A DNA stretch of 64,000 bases from an uncultured Candidatus Binatia bacterium (GCA_965261895.1 OZ253480.1:3947665-4011664), one strand, 5' to 3'. Shown: positions 36,450 to 47,318, counted from the first letter of the stretch. Notes: a model not told the origin generated them from the sequence alone. Numbers and translations are program-made.

Positions 36450-39400
36450 ATGCATCATCTCGTTGTGCCTTGCACCGTACGCTGTCTCGCAATCATGCTG
36501 TTCTCCGCGTTCGTCGCGTTGCTTGCCACGCCCGCCTACGCGCAGACCGAGGTTCCGAGCAACTGGCCCCTGAAACCTCCGGGACTGAATGTGGGCGACG
36601 AATTTCGCCTGGTGTTCATGGGGAAAGTTTCGCGGAATGCAGATTCGACGGACGTCGCGGTCTATGACGCGCATGTGCAAGGCCGTATCGCCGGCATCGG
36701 CCACGCGGAAATCAAGGCGTATTCGAGCCATTTCAAGGTTCTGGGTTCCACCTCCACGGTGAATGCGCGAATGCACACCGGAACGACCGGAACCGGCGGC
36801 GTGCCGATCTATTGGCTGAACGGCCCGAAAGTCGCGGACAACTACGCCGACTTCTACGACGGCACTTGGGACGACAAGGACGGTGCGACACTGGAGGATG
36901 GCACGTCGCTTAGCTCCGGTCGCAAGGACCAATTCATTTGCACCGGCACCAACGATGACGGGACGACGGCGTCACAGCCTCTCGGCGCAGCCACATGTGC
37001 CGGAACGAAGATCAATATCTCGGGGAACACCCTGAGCGGGGCGACGGGTGCGAGCAGCGCAGCATCGCGCTACCTGGTGCTCTCCGGCGTCTTCCGGGTC
37101 GGCAACTTCACCGCCACCATCCCGACGGTCGAGAGCGTGCGCGTCACCTCGGATCCCGGCAGCGACGGCGAATATGTCAAGGACGACGCGATCAAGGTCA
37201 CGGTGACGTTTTCGGAAGCGGTCGCCGTTACTGGAACGCCCAAAATCAAACTGAGACTCTCCGAAGAGGCGACGCCGAAGAGACCCGGTTACGTCGCTGC
37301 CGAAAGCACGGCGACGGCGCTGGTGTTCTCCTACACGGTGAAGGCGACCGACTATTCCCATGACGGGGTCATCATCCCCAGGAACGGGATCGTCCTCAGC
37401 GGCGGCGCGACGATCAAGAACCAGGCCGGCACCGTGGACGCGGACCTGGATCACGCCAAGAAAGATTCGCTGAGCGCCCACAAGGTGCACGTCCGGCCAT
37501 TGGTCACCGGCGTAACCGTGGCTTCGACGCCGGCGGCCAACGGCATCTACCGGACCGGCGAGACCATCCAGATCGACCTGACCTTCGACAAGGCGGTGGC
37601 TGTCTTCACCGACTTCGGCACGCCCGAAGTCTGGTTCGTCATGGATGGCTCGAATCCGGCGCGCCGCGAGGCTGCCTACACGACGACCGTCGGAGACCAT
37701 GTCGTGCGCTTCGATTATGCGGTCCAGGCCGCGGACCTGGACGACGACGGCATATTGTTCATGAACAACGCGATTGTCTGGAACGACGGGGCGATTATCA
37801 GAAAGGCGCATGGTGACGTTGACGACCTCGATGAATTGAAGACCCTGAGGGTGGACGAAAACGGTGGGAGTACCTCCACGTACCCCCAGACCGGCCACAG
37901 GGTGAATGCGGCGGTGTCGACGGACGCGACGCTGAGCGACCTGGATCTGGAGGACAGCAACGGCGCCGCGATCGAGCTGACCCCGTCGACGTTCGCGTCG
38001 ACGACGACGTCCTACACGGCGTCGGTGGCCTACGCGGTGGACGAGATCACCATCGTCCCGACGGTGATCGAGATCTATGCGACGGTGGCGTATTTGGACG
38101 CGAGCGACACGGCGCTCACGGACGCGGACGCGAACAAGAACGGCTTCCAGACGCCGCTCGCGGCGGGCGCGAACACGATCAAGGTGAAGGTGACGGCGGA
38201 CGACGACTTCACCACCCTGACCTACACGATCACGGTAACGCGGGGCGCCGCCTCCACCGACGCGACGCTGAGTTCCCTGGCGTTCACGGACGCGGCCAAC
38301 GGCAACACCATTTCTCTGACTCCGGGCGGGAACCGCACCTACACGACGTCTGTGATCAGCAGCGTGGACGAAATCACCGTCCTCCCGACGGTGAACGAGA
38401 GCAACGCGACGGTCGCGTACCTGAACGCGTCGGACACGGCGCTCACGGACGCGGACGTGGCGAAGGACGATTTCCAGGTGGTGCTCGCGGTCGGCGCGAA
38501 CACGATCAAGGTGAAGGTGACGGCCGAGGACGGGGATACCATCGAGACCTACACGGTGGTGGTGACCCGGGCTGCTTTGGTGCCGGGCCAGGTGACGGGG
38601 GTCGAGGTAACGCCGGGCACTGGCCGGTTGAAGGTCGACTGGAACGCCGTGACCAACGCCGACGGCTACAAAGTGCAGTGGAAATCGGGTACCGAGACGT
38701 TCACCAACGCGGCTGCGAACAGCCGGGAGGCGACGGTCACGTCGGGTTCGACGACGAGCCATACGATCACGGGCCTGACCAACGGCACCGCCTACGACGT
38801 ACAGGTGATCGCGACGCGGACCAACGCCGCCGACGAGACGCCCTCGGCGCCGGCATCGGGCACGCCGGGCGCGGCGCCGGGCCAGGTGACGGGGGTCGAG
38901 GTAACGCCGGGCACCGGCCGGTTGAAGGTCGACTGGGACGCCGTGACCAACGCCGATGGTTACAAGGTGCAGTGGAAATCGGGCGCGGAGACCTTCGCCG
39001 ATGCGGCTGCGAACAGCCGGGAGGCGACGGTCACGTCGGGCTCGACGACGCGCCACACGATCACGGGCCTGACCAACGGTACCGCCTATGACGTGCAGGT
39101 CATCGCCACCCGGACCAACGCGGACGACGGGACGCCCTCGGCGCCGGCGACGGACACGCCGTCGCAGACGGTGCGAATCACGGGCGTGGCGTTCACGAAC
39201 GTCCCTTCGAACAACGTCTATAACCTCGGCGACACGATCGAGGTGAGCATCACGTTCAATGCGGCGGTTGAGGTAACCGGAACCCCGAAGGTGCAAATGT
39301 ATTTCGTCGACAAGCATAAATTCTACGAATACGCCAACTACGACGCTGCCTTCAGCACGGATACGGTGCTCGTCTTCAAGCGCCTCGTGACCGGCGACGA

Positions 39401-42400
39401 CGACAACGAGTCGACCGTTCGAGTCATTCCTGACGGTCTCAAATTGAACGGCGGGACAATTCGGATCAAGGGGACCACGGTAAATGCCGACATCGCCCAC
39501 GCCGGCACGCAGACGGACCCGGACATCAACACGCGGTGGCTCGAGGGCATCGCGGTGACCTCGGCACCCGCCGTGCCAGAGACCGTGACCGGGAACCCTG
39601 TCTACGGCCCGGGCGAGAAGATTCAATTCAAGGTGACTTTCAAGAATGCAGTCGATGTCGATCAGACGGACGGCGCACTGAAGCTGAAATTTCGCTCGGG
39701 CAGCGCCACGGCAACCTACGCGGCGGACTATGAAAGCGGCACCGGCACGAAAGATCTGGTGTTCGCCTGGACCGTGCCGGCCAACATGCCGGATGACGGC
39801 GCCGGCCTCGTTGTTCCGACGAACGTTCACGGGCACGGGCACGGGTTCGATACCAGTCATGGACTGGTGCTGAACGGCGGGACGATCAAGAGCAGCGGCG
39901 GGATCGCGGTGAATATCCGCCACGGGCAGCACGATACGGATTCGCGGGTGGATACGACCGCGCCGGTTCTTGCGGCCGGCGCCGACGGTGCGACGGTGGA
40001 CGGCACGGCGCTTGTGCTCACATTCCAGAACCCGGATGACGGCAATTCGGCGGACCACCTCGACGAGGCCTCGGCGCCGGCGGACTTTGCCGTCACGGTC
40101 GCGGGATCGGCGCGGACCGTGTCGAGCGTGAATGTGAACGGCGCCACCGTCACCCTCACCCTCGCTTCGCCCGCGGGCCATGCCCAGGCGGTCACGCTGG
40201 GCTACACGCCGGGAACGAGCAGGATTCGGGACCGGTGGGGCAACGAGGCGGTCCAGATCGCCGGCCGGTCGGTGCGCAACGACAGCCCCGAGCCGTCGCT
40301 GTCGATCGAACCGGTGACGGTGCACGAAAGCGACGGCACGGCCACCTTCACGGTGACGCTGAGCGTCCCGAGCGCAGAGCAGGTTACGGTCGACTACGCG
40401 ACCGGGGACGGCACTGCGACGGCGGGGGCGGATTACACAGCGGCGAACGGCACCCTCACCTTTGCGCCGGGAGAAACGACCAAGCCCATCAGCGTCACGA
40501 TCGCCGATGACACTGTCGACGAGGATGGCGAGACCTTTTCGGTAACGCTCAGCAACGCGGTGAACGCGTCCATCGGTCAAGCGGCGGCGGCGGGAACCAT
40601 CACGGACGATGACCAGACGGCGTTATTTCTGTCGGGCCAAGTGACGGAGTTGATGGCCACGGCGACGGTGAACAAGGTCACGCTGACCTGGACGGCACCG
40701 TCCGGCACGATCCTCGGCTACCGGATCGAGGCGTCCTACGACGGCGGCACGGTCTGGGCCGAGGTAGAAGACAATACGAACGGGACCAGCACCGCCTACG
40801 CGCACGGTTCGGGGCTGATGGCCGGCGAGACCCGCGACTACCGGGTATCGGCAATCACCGGTGATGGCGCCGGCCCGCCGTCCGTCGCGGCCGCAGCCAA
40901 CGCTTCGGACACCGTCAACGGGCTGACGGCCACCGGTGTGTCTATCCAGGACACGCCGGACGGGATGGCAACGATCGATCTCTGTTGGAAACCGTCCGGT
41001 GTAGCGGTGAGCGAATTGAAGGATTTCGCGATCAGGGAGAGAAACGTCCATCCCTCATATCCCGCGGAGTGGAGCGATCAACACTGGTCTCCGTCGGGCA
41101 AGTCGAGGGCTGCCGATTGCGAGGCGGGAAGCATCGGCTTCCGGGTCTCCGGGAGGATTGCCCCGAATATCCGCTACGCCTTTCAGATCCGGGCCAGATA
41201 CGGGATGCGCTGGGCGCTCTCGAACGACGCCGACGCGGTATCGGTCGATGCGGCCCTGGATCTTCGCGCCGACGTGTTGACGGGCAATTCCAGCCTGTCG
41301 GGGGATACCGACGTGCCCGCCACCGTTTGCCCCGCCTATGACGACCCGGCGACGCCTGAGGCCGACGCCGGTTCATTCATCGTCAATATCGGGTTTTCCA
41401 CGCGGCCCGCGGTCATGCTCAATTACGAAGCGGTGACCGGATTCGTTCTGGACAATGACGTGACGCTCGAGAACGCCACCGCGGAGCTCATCGACCGGCC
41501 GTATGGCGCGCAGCTGGGCTATCGGGTCCGGATCACCCCTACTACCTGGGGGCAACCCGTGGCGGTGAGCGTGCCGGCGGGCGTCGTGACCCACCCTGCT
41601 TCGTCGGTCAGGAACCAGGCTTCCAACGTGTTCCGCCGCAACACCTCCGCCTCGACCGATTGCGACACGGGCAGCGATATAACGGTCTACCCGCCGGCCG
41701 TTAGGCGCACCGCAATTCTCGACGATGACGACCGCAGCGGCATGTGGTCGACAGGCGAGCGTGTCCGCGCGACGCTGGAATTCACCGAATCGGTGACGGT
41801 GACGACGGACAACGGTATCCCGACCGTTTCCCTGAGCATCGACGGCAAGACGGTGCAAGCCTCCTACGCAGAGGGGACAGGTGGCGACACGCTTGCGTTC
41901 GAACATGTCGTGACGGCCGAGCAGAGCCCGTTCAACAGTGCCAGTCTTGTGGCAAACAGCCTGTCGTTGAACGGCGGCGCGATCGCGAGCCTCGACGGAC
42001 CGGCGGCCACGCTGGCGCATCCGGGGGCTGTGAAACAGAAGAAACTGGGCACCGGGCCGAAGAAACCGGCTACCGAGCCCAAATTGACGGCCAATTGGGT
42101 GAAATTTCCGCCCGGCCATTCTGGAGACGGCAGGAAGTTCACGGTCCGCGTGAAATTCAGCGATCCCGTGACTATCAACGTGAGGTACTTCCGCGACTAC
42201 GCTCTTTCGGTGACCGGCGGTGTTGTCGACAAACTGTGGCGTGTCAAGGGAAGCGACGGCGAACCACGCAAGGACCTGTGGGCGATCAGGGTGATGCCGG
42301 CATCGCAGCAGCCGCTGTCATTGTCACTGGCGGCCATACAGGACTGCAGCCAGCATGGTGCGATCTGCACGGCGGATGGCACGCCGCTCTCCAACGCGGC

Positions 42401-44240
42401 ATCCATTACCGTGCCGGGGCCGAATCACGACCTCACGGTGGCGGACGCCGAGGTCGAGGAAGCCCCGGGCGCCGAGTTGGCGTTTGTCGTGACGCTGAGC
42501 GGGACAGCGCCCTACCGGGTCAAGGTGGATTACAGGACGGCGGACGGCACGGCGACGGCCGGCGAGGACTATACGGCGGTGGAAGGTACGCTCATCTTCG
42601 AGCGCGGCGAGACGTCGAAGACCGTTTCGGTGCTGGTGCTCGACGACGCTCATGACGACGACGGCGAAACCCTGACGCTCTCCTTGAGCAATCCGCTGCG
42701 CGCGATGATCGTCGACGGCGAGGCCGTGGGAACGATCCGCAACAACGATCCGATGCCTCGGGCCTGGCTGGCGCGCTTCGGGCGCACGGTCGCCGACCAG
42801 GTTCTGGCGGCGGTGGAGGGCCGGCTGAAGGCCGCGCGGGTGCCCGGCGTCGAGGCACAGCTTGCCGGGCAGCGGATCGCCGGCCCCGCGGCGCCGGACA
42901 CCGAGAAGGCCCATGAGGCGGAAGCCGAGGCCCGTCTCCTGGCGCTGTCGGACTGGCTGCGTGGCGCTGCCTGCCCCGACGAGTCTGAGCGCCAGGGTGA
43001 ATGCGCATTGGGCGGACAAGCGCGTTTCGACTCGCGGAAGCTGACGGGGCGGGACTTCCTGACGGGCTCTTCCTTCACACTGACGGGCGGAACGCGAGAG
43101 GGCGGTGTCGGTGCGTTGTGGGCCCAGGGAACGGTCGGACGATTCGAAGGGCGCGAGGGCGCCCTCTCTCTGGACGGCGAGGTGTTGAGCGGCATGCTGG
43201 GCGCGGACTGGACGCGCGGGCGTGGGACCGCGGGGTTCGTGCTTGCTCATTCCCGCGGCGACGGCGACTACCGCTCTGAATCGGGCGGGGGCGAGGTTTC
43301 CTCGACGCTGACCGGGATCTATCCTTACGGGCGCTACGCGGTGAACGAGCGCCTGTCCATGTGGGGCATCGTCGGCTACGGCGCTGGCGAGCTTGGGCTC
43401 ACGCCGGAGGGGAGCTCGCGGCTCGAGGCCGATATCGATCTCGCGATGGCGGCCGCGGGCGCCAGGAGTACCGTTCTCGATGGCGGCGACAACGGTCCGA
43501 CGGCGGCGTTGACGGCGGACGCGCTGATCGTGCGCACGAAGGCCGACGGGGCTCCGGGTCCGGCGGCCTCGAAGGCCGAGGTGACGCGTCTGCGTTTGGG
43601 GCTTGAAGGATCGTGGCCGTTTCCGCTGGAGGGCGGGGCACTGGTGACGCCAAGCGTCGAGATCGGGCTGCGCCAGGACGGCGGCGATGCCGAAGCCGGC
43701 TTCGGTGCCGACATCGGCGCCGACATCGGCGCCGGACTCGCTTGGGAGGACCCGCAGCGTGGCCTCAAGGCGGAGGTCCGGGGTCGTGGCTTGCTGACCC
43801 ATGAGGACGCGAATTTCCGGGAGCGCGGCTTCGCGGCCTCGTTCGCCTGGAACCCGACACCGGGCTCCAAGCTAGGCCCGTCCCTCACCCTGCGCCAGAG
43901 CGTGGGCGCTTCAGCGACCGGCGGTATGGACGCACTGCTCTCCCGCGGGACGATGGCGGGCGTCGCTACGAATGACAATCGCGAGAATGTTGCTCGCCGT
44001 CTCGAGGTGAAGCTGGGCTACGGGCTGCCAGTGGCCGGAGACCGGTTCATCGGCACGCCGGAGATCGGGGTCGGGTTCTCCGACACGGGCCGCGAATACA
44101 GCCTGGGCTGGGGCCTCGGACTTGCGCGGCGCGACCGGGGTTCCCTCGATCTCTCGCTTGAAGGGACGCGGCACGAGAGCGCGAACGGTGATCGCGGGCC
44201 GGAACACGGAATCGGTCTCAGGCTAAGGGCGCGCTGGTAA
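36450..44240 (+). CDS. Giant secreted/surface adhesin (~2600 aa): signal peptide, cadherin-like beta-sandwich repeats, FN3, Calx-beta domains, C-terminal autotransporter-like beta-barrel
   Basis: Signal peptide MHHLVVPCTVRCLAIMLFSAFVALLATPAYAQ. Repeats of TDATLS.L...TYTITVTR type (cadherin-like). Two near-identical FN3 units. Calx-beta (VTVDYATGDGTATAGADYTAANGTLTFAPGETTK). A ~480-aa C-terminal domain is shared with the 54588-59642 paralogue and ends ...LRLRARW. Confidence 0.7.
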   Translation: MHHLVVPCTVRCLAIMLFSAFVALLATPAYAQTEVPSNWPLKPPGLNVGDEFRLVFMGKVSRNADSTDVAVYDAHVQGRIAGIGHAEIKAYSSHFKVLGSTSTVNARMHTGTTGTGGVPIYWLNGPKVADNYADFYDGTWDDKDGATLEDGTSLSSGRKDQFICTGTNDDGTTASQPLGAATCAGTKINISGNTLSGATGASSAASRYLVLSGVFRVGNFTATIPTVESVRVTSDPGSDGEYVKDDAIKVTVTFSEAVAVTGTPKIKLRLSEEATPKRPGYVAAESTATALVFSYTVKATDYSHDGVIIPRNGIVLSGGATIKNQAGTVDADLDHAKKDSLSAHKVHVRPLVTGVTVASTPAANGIYRTGETIQIDLTFDKAVAVFTDFGTPEVWFVMDGSNPARREAAYTTTVGDHVVRFDYAVQAADLDDDGILFMNNAIVWNDGAIIRKAHGDVDDLDELKTLRVDENGGSTSTYPQTGHRVNAAVSTDATLSDLDLEDSNGAAIELTPSTFASTTTSYTASVAYAVDEITIVPTVIEIYATVAYLDASDTALTDADANKNGFQTPLAAGANTIKVKVTADDDFTTLTYTITVTRGAASTDATLSSLAFTDAANGNTISLTPGGNRTYTTSVISSVDEITVLPTVNESNATVAYLNASDTALTDADVAKDDFQVVLAVGANTIKVKVTAEDGDTIETYTVVVTRAALVPGQVTGVEVTPGTGRLKVDWNAVTNADGYKVQWKSGTETFTNAAANSREATVTSGSTTSHTITGLTNGTAYDVQVIATRTNAADETPSAPASGTPGAAPGQVTGVEVTPGTGRLKVDWDAVTNADGYKVQWKSGAETFADAAANSREATVTSGSTTRHTITGLTNGTAYDVQVIATRTNADDGTPSAPATDTPSQTVRITGVAFTNVPSNNVYNLGDTIEVSITFNAAVEVTGTPKVQMYFVDKHKFYEYANYDAAFSTDTVLVFKRLVTGDDDNESTVRVIPDGLKLNGGTIRIKGTTVNADIAHAGTQTDPDINTRWLEGIAVTSAPAVPETVTGNPVYGPGEKIQFKVTFKNAVDVDQTDGALKLKFRSGSATATYAADYESGTGTKDLVFAWTVPANMPDDGAGLVVPTNVHGHGHGFDTSHGLVLNGGTIKSSGGIAVNIRHGQHDTDSRVDTTAPVLAAGADGATVDGTALVLTFQNPDDGNSADHLDEASAPADFAVTVAGSARTVSSVNVNGATVTLTLASPAGHAQAVTLGYTPGTSRIRDRWGNEAVQIAGRSVRNDSPEPSLSIEPVTVHESDGTATFTVTLSVPSAEQVTVDYATGDGTATAGADYTAANGTLTFAPGETTKPISVTIADDTVDEDGETFSVTLSNAVNASIGQAAAAGTITDDDQTALFLSGQVTELMATATVNKVTLTWTAPSGTILGYRIEASYDGGTVWAEVEDNTNGTSTAYAHGSGLMAGETRDYRVSAITGDGAGPPSVAAAANASDTVNGLTATGVSIQDTPDGMATIDLCWKPSGVAVSELKDFAIRERNVHPSYPAEWSDQHWSPSGKSRAADCEAGSIGFRVSGRIAPNIRYAFQIRARYGMRWALSNDADAVSVDAALDLRADVLTGNSSLSGDTDVPATVCPAYDDPATPEADAGSFIVNIGFSTRPAVMLNYEAVTGFVLDNDVTLENATAELIDRPYGAQLGYRVRITPTTWGQPVAVSVPAGVVTHPASSVRNQASNVFRRNTSASTDCDTGSDITVYPPAVRRTAILDDDDRSGMWSTGERVRATLEFTESVTVTTDNGIPTVSLSIDGKTVQASYAEGTGGDTLAFEHVVTAEQSPFNSASLVANSLSLNGGAIASLDGPAATLAHPGAVKQKKLGTGPKKPATEPKLTANWVKFPPGHSGDGRKFTVRVKFSDPVTINVRYFRDYALSVTGGVVDKLWRVKGSDGEPRKDLWAIRVMPASQQPLSLSLAAIQDCSQHGAICTADGTPLSNAASITVPGPNHDLTVADAEVEEAPGAELAFVVTLSGTAPYRVKVDYRTADGTATAGEDYTAVEGTLIFERGETSKTVSVLVLDDAHDDDGETLTLSLSNPLRAMIVDGEAVGTIRNNDPMPRAWLARFGRTVADQVLAAVEGRLKAARVPGVEAQLAGQRIAGPAAPDTEKAHEAEAEARLLALSDWLRGAACPDESERQGECALGGQARFDSRKLTGRDFLTGSSFTLTGGTREGGVGALWAQGTVGRFEGREGALSLDGEVLSGMLGADWTRGRGTAGFVLAHSRGDGDYRSESGGGEVSSTLTGIYPYGRYAVNERLSMWGIVGYGAGELGLTPEGSSRLEADIDLAMAAAGARSTVLDGGDNGPTAALTADALIVRTKADGAPGPAASKAEVTRLRLGLEGSWPFPLEGGALVTPSVEIGLRQDGGDAEAGFGADIGADIGAGLAWEDPQRGLKAEVRGRGLLTHEDANFRERGFAASFAWNPTPGSKLGPSLTLRQSVGASATGGMDALLSRGTMAGVATNDNRENVARRLEVKLGYGLPVAGDRFIGTPEIGVGFSDTGREYSLGWGLGLARRDRGSLDLSLEGTRHESANGDRGPEHGIGLRLRARW
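38585..39177 (+). repeat. Two near-identical tandem ~297-bp units (FN3 domains) inside adhesin 1
   Basis: GQVTGVEVTPGTGRLKVDW(N/D)AVTNADGYKVQWKSG(T/A)ETF...GLTNGTAYDVQVIATRTNA is repeated in direct succession. Confidence 0.7.
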
Positions 44241-44296
44241 CCGCATGTCGCCGGCCGTCTTTTGCTGACCAGGAGGGGTTCGGAAACCATTCGAGT

Positions 44297-45580
44297 GTGT
44301 TCAAGGTATTGGGGATGATGTCGTTTGGCGAGGCGATGCGGTTTGCGGGCGCGGGCGCGCTCCTGCTGCGCGAGCGGTTGCAGAGCGGAGTGAGCTACAA
44401 CCCGCTGTCGTCCCGCACGGCCCAGGATCCCTATCCCGTCTATGCGGCCCTGCGTAACCGGGATCCGGTTCATCGCAGCCGCTTACTTGGGGCTTGGCTG
44501 TTCACCCGCCACGCCGATGTCGATGCCATCCTGCGCGACCACCGGCACTTCAGCAACGATCCGCGCACGGGCACGCTGTCGTCCCGGCAGCACGCCATGC
44601 TGTCCCCGCCGGACGAGTTCACCATGCTGTTTCTCGACCCGCCGGACCACACGCGGCTCAGATCGCTGGTGACCAAGGCGTTTACCCAGAAGGCGGTCAA
44701 CGACCTGGAACCGCGCATCCGCAGCATTCTCGGATCGTTGCTGGACGACATCGAGGACCCGGCCGAATTCGATCTGATGCAGGCGGTGGCCCGGCCCTTG
44801 CCGGTCATCGTGATCGCCGAAATGCTGGGCGTGCCGCCGGAGGACAGGGACGTGTTCAGGATCTGGTCGGCCCAGCGCGCGCGTATGCTGGAGCCGACCA
44901 TCGGCCCGGACGAGCGCGAGGCTGGCGAGGCGGCCTCCAGGGCGTTCGACGCCTATTTCCGGCCAATCATTGCGGTGCGGCGGGCGGAGCCGAGGGACGA
45001 TATCGTCAGCGCGCTGGCGCGGGTGGAGGACGACGGCGGCCACCTGACCGAACGTGAGACACTGAACATGCTGCGCCTGCTCCTGATCGCCGGCAACGAG
45101 ACCACCGTCAACCTCATCGGCAACGGCATGCTGGCTTTGCTTCGGCATCCCGAACAGCTTCAGCGGCTGAGGAACGACCCGAGCCTGATCCCGGCGGCGG
45201 TGGAGGAACTGCTGCGTTTCGACTCTCCGATACAGGCGGATTTCCGGCGCGTGCTCGCGGATTGCGAGGTGAACGGGCTTGCACTGCGCAAACGCGACAA
45301 CGTCGTCCTGTTTCTCGGGGCGGCCAACCGGGATCCGGACGTCTTCGAGGATCCCGACCGCCTCGATGTGGAACGCAGCCAGGGCTCCCACCTGTCGTTC
45401 GGACGCGGCATCCACTATTGTCTCGGCGCTCCGCTTGCGCGCCTGGAAGGCCGGATCGTTCTCGATATGTTGCTTGAGCGGTTCTCGCAGATAGACTTGC
45501 TCGCGGAGCGTCCGAGGTTCCGCAAGGGTATCGTGCTCCGGGGCCTTGAATCGCTGACGGTGCGGTGCGTCAGGGCCTGA
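44297..45580 (+). CDS. Cytochrome P450
   Basis: Heme-binding loop FGRGIHYCLGAPLARLE. The ExxR motif is ELLRFDS. Confidence 0.8.
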   Translation: MFKVLGMMSFGEAMRFAGAGALLLRERLQSGVSYNPLSSRTAQDPYPVYAALRNRDPVHRSRLLGAWLFTRHADVDAILRDHRHFSNDPRTGTLSSRQHAMLSPPDEFTMLFLDPPDHTRLRSLVTKAFTQKAVNDLEPRIRSILGSLLDDIEDPAEFDLMQAVARPLPVIVIAEMLGVPPEDRDVFRIWSAQRARMLEPTIGPDEREAGEAASRAFDAYFRPIIAVRRAEPRDDIVSALARVEDDGGHLTERETLNMLRLLLIAGNETTVNLIGNGMLALLRHPEQLQRLRNDPSLIPAAVEELLRFDSPIQADFRRVLADCEVNGLALRKRDNVVLFLGAANRDPDVFEDPDRLDVERSQGSHLSFGRGIHYCLGAPLARLEGRIVLDMLLERFSQIDLLAERPRFRKGIVLRGLESLTVRCVRA

Positions 45581-45585
45581 GATAC

Positions 45586-45700
45586 TGTCAAAAAACCGCC
45601 AGATTTCCCCAATGTTGGGGACGCGCTCTACGCGTAACTCGCATAAACTTCCATTCATCGCGCATCAGCGCCGCCGGGAGCAGGCTTTGACGTCTGTTCC
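45586..45700 (+). promoter_or_regulatory. Conserved upstream element, copy b
   Basis: GTCAAAAAACCGCCAGATTTCCCCAATGTTGGGGACGCGC...CGCGCATCAGCGCCGCCGGGAGCAGGC. Confidence 0.6.
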
Positions 45701-45774
45701 GTAACGAAGTGAGCAACGAGATGCGAGAAACATCGGCCGGCCTGCGGGCCTTTTGAAAAAGGGAGGGTCGAACA

Positions 45775-46302
45775 ATGAGGAGCGCCTTAACGAGATGGGC
45801 TTTCGCTGCAGCCTTCGGTCTCATCGTGAGCGCCGTTGGAATTTCGATCACGACCGAACAAGCCTGGGCCGACTCGTGCTCGGGGACGACTATCGGTCAC
45901 GGGAGCGCCGACTGCCTGACTGTGGTCTTCCAAAGGGGCAGGCAGGGTGTGGCGCTGACCAATGAGTGTTCGGGCCTGGGTGTCGTCACGGCGGAACTCA
46001 AGGTCATCAACTATGGCTCCGAGGGTACAGTCACCAGCCTTCAGGCACTGAGCAGTTCCGAAACTCTAGTAGAAATAATCGCGAATGACGAGGACGCGCG
46101 CTATACGAACGCACGCTGCTGCACGACCTCCGGTATTTGCGACAACACCGACTGCGACACGACCAACGGCGTGATTGACGATGATAGCCACAAGACGCAT
46201 TGCCGCCATATCGATGACACGACCGGCGCGGTAATCAGGGCGGGCACCGAGATAACGGACGGGGTGGTGACCTACACACCGCCATCTAACACCGGGTTCT
46301 AA
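45775..46302 (+). CDS. Small Cys-rich secreted protein (signal peptide), paralogue 1
   Basis: 175 aa. Signal peptide MRSALTRWAFAAAFGLIVSAVGISITTEQAWA. Ten Cys. RBS GGGAGGG. Confidence 0.6.
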   Translation: MRSALTRWAFAAAFGLIVSAVGISITTEQAWADSCSGTTIGHGSADCLTVVFQRGRQGVALTNECSGLGVVTAELKVINYGSEGTVTSLQALSSSETLVEIIANDEDARYTNARCCTTSGICDNTDCDTTNGVIDDDSHKTHCRHIDDTTGAVIRAGTEITDGVVTYTPPSNTGF

Positions 46303-46594
46303 TCCGCAGGCGAATGGAAGCCATCGGCAAAGCATTGCGGCTGTTCAGCGTGTGAACGGCGGCGCAGAGGAGCCGCGGCAATTGACGTCATGGAGCGCCT
46401 CCTCTCGGGCGTGACCCAGGGCGGGATTTGTATGGTCCGGTTCCGTACGGCGATACGTTGGGCGTCGGCCAGTTCTTGGTCATCACGCCTGACGCCTCGC
46501 TCTCAAGGTCACCCGCGCCGAGCAACTGATCGAGCGGATGGAATCTCAACCGGCGCGGCCCTCGTCTGCCCTGCATGCAGTCCCTGAGACACGG

Positions 46595-46700
46595 TCAAAG
46601 AAAAACGCCAGATCTCCCCAATGTTGGGGACGCGCTCTACGCGCGACTCGCCTAATCTATCAACCATCGCGCATCAGCGTCGCCGGGAGCAGGCTTTGAC
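46595..46700 (+). promoter_or_regulatory. Conserved upstream element, copy c
   Basis: GTCAAAGAAAAACGCCAGATCTCCCCAATGTTGGGGACGCGC...CGCGCATCAGCGTCGCCGGGAGCAGGC. Confidence 0.6.
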
Positions 46701-46784
46701 GTCTGTTCCGTAACGAAGCGCGCAACGGGTATGCGAGGAACATCGGCCGGCCTGCGGGCCTTTGGAAAAACGGAGGGTCGAACA

Positions 46785-47318
46785 ATGAAGAGCGCGTTAA
46801 CGAGATGGGCTTTCGGTGCAGCCTTCGGTTTCATCGTGAGCGCCGTTGGAATTTCGATTACGACCGAACAAGCCTGGGCCGACTCGTGCACGGGGACGAC
46901 TATCCGTCATGGGAGCGCCGACTGCCTGACCGCGGCCTTCTCAAACAACAGGCAGACTTTGTCGCTGACGAGTGAATGTTCGGGCCTGGGTGTCGTCACA
47001 GCCGAAGTCAAAGTAATCGACCTTGGCACCGAGGGACCAGTCATCTATCTTTGGACGCTGAACAACTCCACGCCTTTCGTAACCCATATCTCGAATAATA
47101 GCGACGCGACCTATACGAACGCACGCTGCTGCCCGACCTCCGGCATCTGTGACATCACGGACTGCGACACGACCAACGGCGTGATTAACGATTCGAGCCA
47201 CAAGACGCATTGCAGCTATATCGACAATACGACCGGTGTAATCACGTCAGGTAACGAGATAACGAACGGACAGGTGATCCATACACCGCCCACACCGCCA
47301 TCTGACACCGGGTCCTAA
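46785..47318 (+). CDS. Small Cys-rich secreted protein, paralogue 2 (tandem duplicate)
   Basis: 177 aa, ~65% identical to paralogue 1 with the same signal peptide and Cys spacing. The 3' flank is also duplicated (46303-46420 vs 47319-47430). Confidence 0.6.
   Translation: MKSALTRWAFGAAFGFIVSAVGISITTEQAWADSCTGTTIRHGSADCLTAAFSNNRQTLSLTSECSGLGVVTAEVKVIDLGTEGPVIYLWTLNNSTPFVTHISNNSDATYTNARCCPTSGICDITDCDTTNGVINDSSHKTHCSYIDNTTGVITSGNEITNGQVIHTPPTPPSDTGS

Noticed and set aside
36972-40580. 1202-aa minus-strand ORF (and similar long antisense ORFs at 42324-43802, 54240-58079, 48627-49976, 50202-51344, 52742-54028, 30614-31981, 44483-45658, 12407-13471, 5432-6748, 25309-26091)
   Set aside because: All lie antisense to well-supported genes in ~68% GC DNA, where stop codons are rare. 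Their products are Arg/Pro/Gly-rich low-complexity sequence with no recognisable domains.
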